Origin: Pseudomonas aeruginosa
Lineage (GTDB): Bacteria > Pseudomonadota > Gammaproteobacteria > Pseudomonadales > Pseudomonadaceae
Length of the DNA: 32,000 bases
Direction of reading: 5' to 3'
NCBI RefSeq assembly: GCF_001457615.1
Contig: NZ_LN831024.1
Coordinates: 510,001 to 542,000, forward strand
The position numbers and the translations under genes were made by a program. Positions 1-8,538 of the stretch are shown in pieces. The notes below the pieces were generated by a model. It was not told the DNA's origin, made no database searches, and worked only from the letters and a program-made list of their open reading frames with translations. How positions within the stretch are numbered: the stretch's first letter is position 1; the number at the start of each line of letters is the position of its first letter.

Positions 1-336
1 CACATCGACGACAGCCTGGTCGGCCACCTCGCCGAAGAGGCCTACCAGCCGGAGTTCGGCGCCCGCGAGCTGAAGCGGCAGATCCGCCAGCAACTGGAGA
101 CGCGCCTGGCCACGGCGATGCTCAAGGGCGAGGTGAAAGAGGGCGAGACGGTCACCTTCTTCTACGACGCCAAGGACGGCGTCGGCTACCGCAAGGGCGC
201 CGCGCCGAAGCCGGCGGCACGCAAGAAATCCGGCGCCGGCGAGACGCCCAAGGGCCGCGCGACGGCGGCGAGGAAGCCGGCGGCGAAGAAAGGCGCCGCC
301 GCCAAGGGCAAGGCCGACAAGCCGAAGGCCAAGTGA
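1..336 (+). CDS. 3' end of ClpA/ClpB-type AAA+ ATPase with Lys/Ala/Pro-rich C-terminal tail (5' end outside window)
   Basis: Frame 1 reads HIDDSLVGHLAEEAYQPEFGARELKRQIRQQLETRLATAMLKGEV..., typical of the Clp/Hsp100 C-terminal domain (FGAR(E/R)LKR motif), then a basic low-complexity tail to the TGA at 334-336. Confidence 0.8.
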   Translation, partial: HIDDSLVGHLAEEAYQPEFGARELKRQIRQQLETRLATAMLKGEVKEGETVTFFYDAKDGVGYRKGAAPKPAARKKSGAGETPKGRATAARKPAAKKGAAAKGKADKPKAK

Positions 337-385
337 CCCGACCAAGGTTGGGGAACAAGGCACCGGCCGGTCGGTCGAAATCTCA

Positions 386-410
386 CCCCGGCCTGCGAAT
401 GCGGCCGGGG
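386..410. other. GC-rich hairpin (8-bp perfect stem CCCCGGCC/GGCCGGGG, 9-nt loop), terminator-like but without a clear U-tract
   Basis: CCCCGGCC-TGCGAATGC-GGCCGGGG between the Clp-type gene and the DUF2780 gene. Confidence 0.5.
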
Positions 411-437
411 CGTTCGATATCTCATGAGGAATTGCCG

Positions 438-1016
438 ATGCGCGTCACCACCCACGCTACCCTGGCCGCGGCCCTGCTGCTCAGCGCCGCCTCCGCGTTC
501 GCCTTCAATCTCGGGGATGCCGCCAAGGCGGTCGCCGGGGCATCCCAGGGCGACTCCGCCCAGGTAGCCACCACCCCGCAGACCAGCGGTCTGCTCGGCG
601 CACTCACCGGCCAGCTCGGGGTCAGCCAGGAGCAGGCGGTCGGCGGTACCGGCGCCCTGCTCGGCCTGGCCAAGAACCAGTTGGCCGGCAACGATTATTC
701 GCAACTGGTTAAGACCATCCCCGGCCTCGACAAGCTGGCCGGCAACAACGCCCTGGCCGGTCTCGGCGGGCTCGGCAACGTGCTCGGCAAGAGCGGCGGC
801 GACAGCAAGGGCCTCGGTTCGCTGCTCGGCAATGCGGACAGCATGGGCGACGTGAACAAGGCCTTCGGCACCCTGGGCATGGATAGCGGGATGACCGAGA
901 AGTTCGCCCAGGTGCTGGTCGACTACTTCGGCAAGCAGGGCGCCAACAGCGAGCTGCTGGGCAGCCTGAGCAATCTCTGGGGAGTGAGCAAGGCGGGCGG
1001 CTCGTCGCTGCTCTGA
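438..1016 (+). CDS. Secreted DUF2780 (VcgC/VcgE-like) family protein
   Basis: ORF from ATG 438 with signal peptide MRVTTHATLAAALLLSAASAFA; Gly/Leu-rich body resembling DUF2780 proteins. Confidence 0.8.
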   Translation: MRVTTHATLAAALLLSAASAFAFNLGDAAKAVAGASQGDSAQVATTPQTSGLLGALTGQLGVSQEQAVGGTGALLGLAKNQLAGNDYSQLVKTIPGLDKLAGNNALAGLGGLGNVLGKSGGDSKGLGSLLGNADSMGDVNKAFGTLGMDSGMTEKFAQVLVDYFGKQGANSELLGSLSNLWGVSKAGGSSLL

Positions 1017-1033
1017 TCTGCCGCCAGCGGATC

Positions 1034-1067
1034 GGCGGATAACCGCGCTGCGGTTATTCGCCCTACG
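1034..1067. repeat. Palindromic intergenic repeat copy 1 (GGCGGATAACCGCGCTGCGGTTATTCGCCCTACG)
   Basis: Near-palindrome; same family as 1106-1143, 9513-9550 and 19273-19304. Confidence 0.75.
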
Positions 1068-1105
1068 AAGTGGGTGCGGCGCCCGGATATTCGTTGCCCG
1101 CACCG

Positions 1106-1143
1106 GTAGGGCGAATAACGCCCCCGGCGTTATCCGCCCTACG
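1106..1143. repeat. Palindromic intergenic repeat copy 2 (GTAGGGCGAATAACGCCCCCGGCGTTATCCGCCCTACG)
   Basis: Long near-perfect inverted repeat, lying next to copy 1. Confidence 0.8.
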
Positions 1144-1168
1144 AGATGGGTGTGCTTCGGCCGGTACT

Positions 1169-2056
1169 TCAGCGCAGTTGCCGCAAGCGGGCGATGCGTT
1201 CGTCCTTTTCTTCCCACATGCGCGAGACCCATTCCTGCACGTACTGGCGGAACACCGGGTCGTTCTCGTAGTCGCCCTGCCACAGGGCGGGATCGATCGG
1301 GCGGGTCTGGATGTCGACGATCACCTTCGGCACCCGTCCGCAGAGCAGGTCCCAGAATCCCGGCACCTTGTCGCTCGGGTAGACCACGGTGACGTCGAGC
1401 AGGGCGTCCAGTTGCTCGCCCAGCGCGGCGAGGACGAAGGCCACCCCGCCGGCCTTGGGCTTGAGCAGGTGGCGATAGGGCGACTGTTGCCGGGCCTTCT
1501 TCTGCTCGCTGAAACGCGTGCCTTCCAGGTAGTTCACCACGGTCACCGGGATGCGCTTGAACTTCTCGCAGGCGGCCTTGGTGATCTCCAGGTCCTTGCC
1601 CTTGAGTTCCGGGTGCTTCTCCAGGAAGGCCTTGGAATAGCGCTTCATGAACGGATACTCCAGCGCCCACCAGGCCAGGCCGAGGAAGGGCACCCAGATC
1701 AGCTCCTTCTTGAGGAAGAACTTGAAGTACGGGGTGCGCCGGTTGAACACCTGGATCAACGCGGGGATGTCGACCCAGGACTGGTGGTTGCTCACCACCA
1801 GGTACGAGGTGTCCTGGCGCAGGTCGCTGGCGCCGCGCACGTCCCAGACCGTCGGCGTGCAGGTGGCGAAGATCCACTTGTCGATCTCCGCCCAGGTCTC
1901 GGCGATCCACATCACGCCCCTGGAGCAGAGGTCTTTCAGGCGCTGGCCGGGGAGCACCAGCTTGAGCAGTGCGATCAGCATCATCGGGCCGATCAGGATC
2001 AGCGTGTTGAGAAGCAGCAGAAGGCTGCTGGTCAGGCCGGTCAACAGTTCCCGCAT
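1169..2056 (-). CDS. 1-acyl-sn-glycerol-3-phosphate acyltransferase family protein (YihG-like)
   Basis: From ATG at 2056: MRELLTGLTSSLLLLLNTLILIG...; contains the NHQSWVD (HX4D-type) acyltransferase motif. Confidence 0.85.
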   Translation of the reverse strand: MRELLTGLTSSLLLLLNTLILIGPMMLIALLKLVLPGQRLKDLCSRGVMWIAETWAEIDKWIFATCTPTVWDVRGASDLRQDTSYLVVSNHQSWVDIPALIQVFNRRTPYFKFFLKKELIWVPFLGLAWWALEYPFMKRYSKAFLEKHPELKGKDLEITKAACEKFKRIPVTVVNYLEGTRFSEQKKARQQSPYRHLLKPKAGGVAFVLAALGEQLDALLDVTVVYPSDKVPGFWDLLCGRVPKVIVDIQTRPIDPALWQGDYENDPVFRQYVQEWVSRMWEEKDERIARLRQLR

Positions 2057-2198
2057 GGTTGGTTTCCCTGTCCTGGGTGTGGGTCGACGCGGCCCATCAT
2101 ACGCATCCGCGCCGCGCCGCCCAAGCCGCCGGCGTGGCGAACGAAACCGCGCCGTGCTAGTCCTATGTGGACCTCGTATCACTTCAGGAGATGCCCGC

Positions 2199-2708
2199 GT
2201 GAAGCGTGCCCTTGCCTTGCTCTCGCTGTTCGCCCTGCCGGTCCTCGCCGCCGAACCCAACCTCTACGGCCGCTACGAATGGGTCTCCCTGCCGGAGCTG
2301 GACCGTACCCTGCAGGCGAAGATGGACACCGGCGCCTACACCTCCTCGCTGTCGGCCAAGGACATCGAGTTGTTCCAGCGCGACGGCGAGGAGTGGGTGC
2401 GCTTCCGGCTGGCCACCAAGGAGGCCGACGGCTCGGTGTTCGAGCACAAGCTGGCGCGCATCGGCAAGATCAAGAACCGCGCCGACAACCGCAACGGCGA
2501 GGACGAGGATGAGGACCGCCTGAGCGAACGCCCGGTGATCGACCTGCAGGTCTGCCTGGGCGGAGCGATGAAGACCATCGAGGTCAACCTCACCGACCGC
2601 AGCGCCTTCAACTATCCGTTCCTGATGGGCACCAAGGGCTTGCGCAAATTCCACGTCGCGGTCGATCCCTCCGAGCGCTTCGTCGCCGACAAGCCCACCT
2701 GCAAGTAA
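2199..2708 (+). CDS. Retropepsin-like ATP-dependent zinc protease family (RimB/DUF785-like), secreted
   Basis: GTG start at 2199 with upstream AGGAG; signal peptide VKRALALLSLFALPVLAAE; MDTGAYTSSLSA active-site-like motif. Confidence 0.75.
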   Translation: MKRALALLSLFALPVLAAEPNLYGRYEWVSLPELDRTLQAKMDTGAYTSSLSAKDIELFQRDGEEWVRFRLATKEADGSVFEHKLARIGKIKNRADNRNGEDEDEDRLSERPVIDLQVCLGGAMKTIEVNLTDRSAFNYPFLMGTKGLRKFHVAVDPSERFVADKPTCK

Positions 2709-2792
2709 GCGTCCTACGCCACCGGCGGCGCGATTGACGCGCGCGCCGGCTTGCGGCACCGTTCCGGCATTCCCGTCAGCCGCCGTCACGCC

Positions 2793-3482
2793 ATGCCGCA
2801 TATCCTGATCGTCGAAGATGAAGCCGCGATTGCCGACACCCTGCTCTACGCCCTGCAGGCCGAAGGCTTCGCCACCACCTGGGTGACCCTCGCCGGCGAG
2901 GCGCTGGCGTTGCAGGAGCGCCAGCCGGCGGATCTGCTGATCCTCGACGTCGGTCTGCCGGACATCAGCGGTTTCGAGGCCTGCAAGCGCCTGCGGCGGT
3001 TCTCCGAGGTGCCGGTGATCTTCCTCACCGCGCGCGATGCCGAGATCGACCGCGTGGTCGGCCTGGAGATCGGCGCCGACGACTACGTGGTCAAGCCGTT
3101 CAGCCCGCGCGAGGTGGCGGCTCGGGTCAAGGCCATCCTCAAGCGCATGGCGCCGCGCCCGGCGGCGCTGGAAGGGGCCGCGCCGAGCGGGCCGTTCCAG
3201 GTCGACGAGGAGCGCGTGCGGATCCACTACCGCGACACCCCGCTCAACCTCACCCGCCACGAGTTCCGCCTGTTGCAGACGCTGCTCGGGCAGCCCGAGC
3301 GGGTATTCAGCCGCGAGCAGTTGCTCGACGCCCTCGGCGTCGCCAGCGAGGCCGGCTACGAGCGCAACATCGACAGCCACATCAAGAGCCTGCGCGCCAA
3401 GCTGCGCCAGGTGAACGAACGCGGCGAAGCGATCCAGACCCATCGCGGCCTGGGCTACAGCTACAGCCCGGACCACGCCTGA
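2793..3482 (+). CDS. creB: Two-component response regulator CreB (OmpR family)
   Basis: MPHILIVEDEAAIADTLLYAL receiver and winged-helix output domain; followed directly by a histidine kinase and creD. Confidence 0.93.
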   Translation: MPHILIVEDEAAIADTLLYALQAEGFATTWVTLAGEALALQERQPADLLILDVGLPDISGFEACKRLRRFSEVPVIFLTARDAEIDRVVGLEIGADDYVVKPFSPREVAARVKAILKRMAPRPAALEGAAPSGPFQVDEERVRIHYRDTPLNLTRHEFRLLQTLLGQPERVFSREQLLDALGVASEAGYERNIDSHIKSLRAKLRQVNERGEAIQTHRGLGYSYSPDHA

Positions 3483-4906
3483 TGCCGCTCGGCGTTCGGA
3501 TCTTCCTGGTCTACTTCCTGTTCGTCGGTCTCACCGGCTACTTCGTGCTGAGCACGGTGATGGACGAAGTGCGCCCCGGCGTGCGCCAGTCCACCGAGGA
3601 AACCCTGGTGGACACCGCCAACCTGCTCGCCGAGATCCTCCGCCAGGACGTGAAGAACGGCACCCTGGCACAGAGCGACCTGCCGGAGATGCTCGAGGAC
3701 TACGGCAAGCGCGTGCCGCAGGCGGATATCTGGGGCTTGCGCAAGGAGGCGGTGAACCACCGCATCTACGTCACCGACGCCAGCGGCAAGGTGCTGCTGG
3801 ACTCCGCCGGGGTGGCTGTCGGCCAGGACTATTCGCGCTGGAACGACGTCTACCTGACTCTCCGGGGCCAGTACGGCGCGCGCTCCAGCCGCGAAGACCC
3901 GGACGACCCGGATTCCTCGGTGATGTACGTGGCGGCGCCGATCAAGGATGGCGGGAAGATCATCGGGGTGGTTTCGGTGGCCAAGCCGAACAGCAGCCTG
4001 CAACCCTACATCGACCGCTCGCAGCGGCGCCTGGCCTGGCTCGGTGCCGGGCTGATCGCCCTCGGGCTGCTGGTCGGCGGCCTGCTCTCCTGGTGGCTCA
4101 GCGGCGCGCTGCGGCGCCTCACCCAGTACGCACAGGCGGTCAGCGAGGGGCGCCGCGCCGAGCTGCCGCGCTATCGCGGCGGCGAGATGGCGCAACTGGC
4201 CGACGCGGTGGAACGCATGCGCACGCAACTGGAAGGCAAGGACTACGTCGAGCGCTACGTGCATACCCTGACCCACGAACTGAAGAGCCCATTGGCGGCG
4301 ATCCGTGGCGCCGCCGAGTTGCTCGACGGCGAGATGCCGGCCGAGCAGCGGGCGCGCTTCGTCGGCAACATCGCCGGCGAGAGCGAGCGCCTGCAACAAC
4401 TGATCGAGCGCCTGCTGAGCCTGGCCCAGGTGGAGCAGCGGCAAGGCCTGGAGGAGGTCGGCAAGGTCGACCTGCGGGAGATCGCCGCGTCCCTGCTGGA
4501 AGGCCAGGCGGCGCGTATCCAGCGCCAGCGATTGCGGGTGGAGAACCGCCTGGAAGGTCCCTGCGAGGTTCGCGGCGAGCAGTTCCTGCTGCGCCAGGCG
4601 CTGGCCAACCTGCTCGACAACGCCCTCGACTTCACCCCGCCCGGCGGCATCCTTCGCCTGCTCGCCGAGGTCGACGGCGAGGGTATCGCCTTGCGCCTGT
4701 TCAACCAGGGGCCGGCGATTCCCGACTACGCCCTGGCGCGCCTCACCGAACGCTTCTACTCGCTGCCGCGCCCGGCCAGCGGGCGCAAGAGCACCGGGCT
4801 GGGACTGAACTTCGTCGCCGAGGTGGCGCAACTGCATGGCGGCCGGTTGCAGGTCGGCAACCGCGACGACGGCGTCGAGGCGCTGCTCTGGCTGCCGCGC
4901 GGCTGA
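3482..4906 (+). CDS. creC: Two-component sensor histidine kinase CreC
   Basis: Start overlaps creB stop; two TM segments, HAMP, H-box (LTHELKSPLAAIRG), N and G boxes. Confidence 0.93.
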   Translation: MPLGVRIFLVYFLFVGLTGYFVLSTVMDEVRPGVRQSTEETLVDTANLLAEILRQDVKNGTLAQSDLPEMLEDYGKRVPQADIWGLRKEAVNHRIYVTDASGKVLLDSAGVAVGQDYSRWNDVYLTLRGQYGARSSREDPDDPDSSVMYVAAPIKDGGKIIGVVSVAKPNSSLQPYIDRSQRRLAWLGAGLIALGLLVGGLLSWWLSGALRRLTQYAQAVSEGRRAELPRYRGGEMAQLADAVERMRTQLEGKDYVERYVHTLTHELKSPLAAIRGAAELLDGEMPAEQRARFVGNIAGESERLQQLIERLLSLAQVEQRQGLEEVGKVDLREIAASLLEGQAARIQRQRLRVENRLEGPCEVRGEQFLLRQALANLLDNALDFTPPGGILRLLAEVDGEGIALRLFNQGPAIPDYALARLTERFYSLPRPASGRKSTGLGLNFVAEVAQLHGGRLQVGNRDDGVEALLWLPRG

Positions 4907-5008
4907 GGCGCCTCCACGGAAACTCCATCGACTCTCCACACGGCGACCCGAAGCCCGCCATCGCGGCGCCGCAGACTTTCCGCCATCACCCCGACGGAGA
5001 GTCCCCCC

Positions 5009-6367
5009 ATGAACCGCACGCTGGCCTACAAGCTCGGCGCCATCGCCCTACTCATCCTGCTATTGCTGATTCCCCTGTTGATGATCGACGGCCTGATCCG
5101 CGATCGCCAGGAGGTTCGTGACGGCGTGCTGCAGGATATCGCCCGCAGCTCCAGCTACAGCCAGCGCCTCACCGGCCCGCTGCTGGTGGTGCCGTACCGC
5201 AGGACGGTGCGCGAGTGGGTCACCGAGGAGAAGACCGAGAAGCGCGTGTTGCAGGAGCGCGAGCAGCGCGGCGAGCTGTACTTCCTGCCCGACCGCTTCG
5301 CCCTCGACGGGCAGATGCGCACCGAGCTGCGCTACCGTGGCATCTACCAGGCGCGCCTGTACCACGTCGACAACAAGGTTGCCGGCTACTTCCAGGTGCC
5401 TGCGCACTATGGCATCGAAGAAGACCTGGAGGACTACCAGTTCGAAACGCCGTTCCTGGCGATGGGCATCAGCGACATCCGCGGCATCGAGAATGCCCTG
5501 CGCCTGTCCCTCAACGGTGCCAGCGTCGACTTCGAGCCGGGTAGCCGGGTCGGCCTGCTCGGCAGCGGTGTGCACGCACCGCTGCAAGGCGTCGACGGGC
5601 GCCAGGCGCAGCGCCTGGAGTACGCCTTCGACCTGTCGTTGCTCGGCAGCGAGCGGCTGGACATCGTGCCGGTGGGCCGCGACAGCCAGGTCATCCTGAA
5701 GGCCGACTGGCCGCACCCGAGCTTCGGCGGCGAGTTCCTGCCCAGCGAGCGGGAGATCACCGCCCAGGGCTTCACCGCGCGCTGGCAGACCAGCTTCTTC
5801 GCCACCAACATGGAAGAGGCGCTGCGCAGTTGCGTGGAGGAGCAGCGTTGCGACGGCTTCCAGGCGCGCGCCTTCGGCGTCGGCCTGGTCGATCCGGTGG
5901 ACCAGTACCTGAAGGCCGACCGCGCGATCAAGTACGCGCTGCTGTTCATCACCCTGACCTTCGCCGGCTTCTTCCTCTTCGAGGTGCTCAAGCGCCTGGC
6001 GGTACACCCGGTCCAGTACGCGCTGGTCGGCCTGGCGCTGGCGTTCTTCTACCTGCTGCTGCTGTCGCTGGCCGAGCACGTCGGCTTCGAGCTGGCCTAC
6101 CTGGTCTCCGCCGGAGCCTGCGTCGGCCTGATCGGCTTCTACCTGTGCTTCGTCCTGCGCAGCGTGGCCCGAGGGCTGGGCTTCAGCGCCGGCCTGGCAG
6201 GGCTGTACGGCCTGCTCTACGGCTTGCTGAGCGCGGAGGACTACGCCTTGCTGATGGGCTCGCTGCTGCTGTTCGCGGTGCTTGCCGCGGTGATGGTGCT
6301 GACCCGCCGCCTGGACTGGTACGGGGTCGGCCGCAAGGACTTCCCGGCGGTACCCGCCAGGGCCTGA
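5009..6367 (+). CDS. creD: Inner membrane protein CreD
   Basis: MNRTLAYKLGAIALLILLLLIPLLMIDGLI...; CreD-family architecture with C-terminal TM helices, downstream of creBC. Confidence 0.93.
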   Translation: MNRTLAYKLGAIALLILLLLIPLLMIDGLIRDRQEVRDGVLQDIARSSSYSQRLTGPLLVVPYRRTVREWVTEEKTEKRVLQEREQRGELYFLPDRFALDGQMRTELRYRGIYQARLYHVDNKVAGYFQVPAHYGIEEDLEDYQFETPFLAMGISDIRGIENALRLSLNGASVDFEPGSRVGLLGSGVHAPLQGVDGRQAQRLEYAFDLSLLGSERLDIVPVGRDSQVILKADWPHPSFGGEFLPSEREITAQGFTARWQTSFFATNMEEALRSCVEEQRCDGFQARAFGVGLVDPVDQYLKADRAIKYALLFITLTFAGFFLFEVLKRLAVHPVQYALVGLALAFFYLLLLSLAEHVGFELAYLVSAGACVGLIGFYLCFVLRSVARGLGFSAGLAGLYGLLYGLLSAEDYALLMGSLLLFAVLAAVMVLTRRLDWYGVGRKDFPAVPARA

Positions 6368-6416
6368 CGACGAAGGCGGCGGCGCCGGCCGCCGCCGATT
6401 TCCAAGGAGGAAAAGC

Positions 6417-6719
6417 ATGCGCCTGTTCTTCGAGTTCACCCTCTGTGCCGCCCTCGGCCTGCTGGTCAGCGGCGTGATCCTGATCTTTCTGCTGTTCTTC
6501 GGCAAGTTCGGCCTGATCGAGTACTGGATCGCCAGCGGCAAGCCCCTGGCCCACGCCATGCTGGTGCTGATGCCGGACGGATTCTGGGAAGGCCTCAGCG
6601 GCATCGAGGGCGCCGCCGGCAATCCGCACGTGCGCTCCTTCCTGGAGCTTTGCATGGGGCTCGGACAGAGCGCGCTGTTGCTGGGCCTGCTGCTGTTCCG
6701 CCTGGTGTGCTGGAAATGA
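6417..6719 (+). CDS. Small hypothetical membrane protein
   Basis: 100-aa ORF with hydrophobic segments (LCAALGLLVSGVILIFLLFF); AGGAGG-like RBS (caaggaggaaaagc) just upstream. Confidence 0.8.
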   Translation: MRLFFEFTLCAALGLLVSGVILIFLLFFGKFGLIEYWIASGKPLAHAMLVLMPDGFWEGLSGIEGAAGNPHVRSFLELCMGLGQSALLLGLLLFRLVCWK

Positions 6720-6901
6720 ACGGCTATGTCGGCCTGCGCGACGACCGTCGCGACGGCGAGCGCCTGGCGGCGCGGATCGGCCTGCTGTTCCCCGGCCCCT
6801 CGGCGGCCTGGCTGCAACGCGCCGAGCGCCTGCGGCGGCAGCAGGCGTCGGCGGGCCTCGGGGTCAGGCGCGGGTGGCCTGCATCGACGGGCGCTGGCTG
6901 A
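6716..6901 (+). CDS. Possible small coupled ORF (61 aa, MNGYVGLRDDRRDGERLAARIGLL...)
   Basis: ATGA overlap with the stop of the preceding gene; 3' end overlaps the convergent GST gene. Confidence 0.35.
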   Translation: MNGYVGLRDDRRDGERLAARIGLLFPGPSAAWLQRAERLRRQQASAGLGVRRGWPASTGAG

Positions 6902-7484
6902 CTTCGGCGAACCAGGCGGCGAGTCGCGGGTAGCGGCCGCGCCAGTCCCACTCCGGCTGGCGCAGGTCGAGATAGCCCAGGGCGCAGGCGACGCCGATGG
7001 CGGCGATGTCGAAGCGCGCCTGCAGTTCGGCGATGCAGTCGCCCTCCAGCCACGCCAGGGACCGCCCGATCTTTTCCCGCTGTGCTTCGAGCCAGGTGTC
7101 CCAGCGCTTCTCCTCGGGGCGGACGAAGGTTTCGTAGCGGGACAGCACCGCGGCGTCGAGGACGGCGTCCGCCAGCGAGGCGATGGTCAGGCGTCGCCAG
7201 CGGGCGCTGCCTTCGCGGGGGATCAGCGGTTCGCCGACGTGCTGCTGGTCGAAGTAGTCGCAGATCACCCGGCTGTCGTGCAGCACCTGGCCGTCCGGCA
7301 GGCGCAGGGCGGGAATCTTGCCGGCCGGGTTGCTGGCGTTGAGCTGCCGGATGGGCGCGACCGGCGTCGGCGTGACTTCCTCGAGCGCCACGCGCTCGCG
7401 TTGGCCGGTTTCGTGGAGCAGGACCAGGACCTTGCGCACGAAGGGCGAGGCGGCGGCGTAGAACAGCGTATGGGTAGCGCTCAT
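6864..7484 (-). CDS. Glutathione S-transferase family protein
   Basis: N-terminal thioredoxin-fold signature ASPFVRKVLVLLHETG and PAGKIPALRL...VICDYF. Confidence 0.9.
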   Translation of the reverse strand: MSATHTLFYAAASPFVRKVLVLLHETGQRERVALEEVTPTPVAPIRQLNASNPAGKIPALRLPDGQVLHDSRVICDYFDQQHVGEPLIPREGSARWRRLTIASLADAVLDAAVLSRYETFVRPEEKRWDTWLEAQREKIGRSLAWLEGDCIAELQARFDIAAIGVACALGYLDLRQPEWDWRGRYPRLAAWFAEVSQRPSMQATRA

Positions 7485-7502
7485 GCGGGCTCCTTGGAAG
7501 GA

Positions 7503-8453
7503 TCAGTCGCGGACGACGCGCAGACGATCGGCGGCAGGCTCGGCGCTCCAGGTTTCTCCGGGGCGACCGCCGAGCAGGGCGTTGCCGGGCGCCGGCCGGT
7601 CGCTGGGCAGGACGCGGAATGTCGCCTGCTCACTGTCGAAACGCAAGAGCGCCCCGCTGGCGGCGTCGTGCAGCCAGACACGGTCCATGGCGTCGACCCG
7701 CAGGCTGTCCGGGCGGGCCTGGCTGTCCGGCAGCGGCCAGCTCTGCCACGAGGCATCGCTGGGATCGTAGCGGTACAGCCGGGCGCCACCGCTGTCGCTG
7801 GCCCAGAGCCTGCCGATGGAGTCGGCGCCGATCCCGCGCAAGGCCTTCGTGCCTTCAGGCGCGGGCAACCGCTCGGCGCTGCCGTCGAGCGGATCGACAT
7901 GCACCAGCGCGTCGTCCTGCGCGTACCAGACCTCGCCGTCCGGGGTGACGCAGATGCCGTTCGCCGCCTTGCCCTGGGGCGAGGGCCAGACCTCCACCAG
8001 GCGCCTGGCTGGGTCGAGGCGACCGTGGAAGCCGCGGCTGCCGGTGAACCAGAGGCGCCCGTCGTCGTCGAATACCGCGGACTCGAGCCCGGCCGGCGCG
8101 GCCTTGGCCGGTAGCGGGAAACGTTCGCTGCCCAGGCGCTCGCCGCCGATGCGAAGGATGGCGTTGAGGCCGCTGTCGAGCACCCAGGCGTTGCCGCTCT
8201 CGTCGCTGACGATGGCTCGCGGCCGCGCGCCTTCGCCGAGCGGCACCTGCACGCTCTCGCCACTGGTCGGGTCGAGGCGCCCCAGCGAATGCCCGCCGTC
8301 CGCGCCGTACCAGACCGCACCCTGTGCACTGGGCGCGACCGCGTAGGGCGCGGAGCCCTTGTCCAGCGGGTAGTACTGTTCGCCGGCCAGGGCGGCGCCG
8401 GTCGACGACAGGGCCAGGAACAGGCCCAGCAGCGGGTAGGGCAGGTGACGCAT
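7503..8453 (-). CDS. Exported SMP-30/streptogramin (virginiamycin B) lyase-like beta-propeller protein
   Basis: From ATG 8453: MRHLPYPLLGLFLALSSTGAALA signal peptide; repeated propeller-like blades (GSAPYAVAPSAQGAVWYGADGG..., GKANGICVTPDGEVWYAQD...). Confidence 0.8.
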   Translation of the reverse strand: MRHLPYPLLGLFLALSSTGAALAGEQYYPLDKGSAPYAVAPSAQGAVWYGADGGHSLGRLDPTSGESVQVPLGEGARPRAIVSDESGNAWVLDSGLNAILRIGGERLGSERFPLPAKAAPAGLESAVFDDDGRLWFTGSRGFHGRLDPARRLVEVWPSPQGKAANGICVTPDGEVWYAQDDALVHVDPLDGSAERLPAPEGTKALRGIGADSIGRLWASDSGGARLYRYDPSDASWQSWPLPDSQARPDSLRVDAMDRVWLHDAASGALLRFDSEQATFRVLPSDRPAPGNALLGGRPGETWSAEPAADRLRVVRD

Positions 8454-8538
8454 ACGGTTCTCCCGGAACGACGAGCGGAACGTGGAAAGGCTCTGTCTTG
8501 CTATTCTGGCAGCGCATTGAGCATAGGAGGAACTGCGA

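Noticed and set aside
186-1910. 574-aa + strand ORF spanning several genes
   Set aside because: Crosses the DUF2780 gene and is antisense to a convincing acyltransferase; no domain features.
3461-4939. 492-aa antisense ORF opposite creC
   Set aside because: The sense strand has a clear histidine kinase; antisense frame is a typical third-position GC shadow ORF with Gln/Leu/Ala/His-rich composition.
4907-5008. Possible CreB 'cre/blr tag' (TTCAC-N6-TTCAC) upstream of creD
   Set aside because: Searched by eye on both strands of the gap; no convincing TTCAC direct repeat is present.
5060-6817. 585-aa antisense ORF opposite creD
   Set aside because: Low-complexity shadow of a well-supported sense gene, no recognisable domain.
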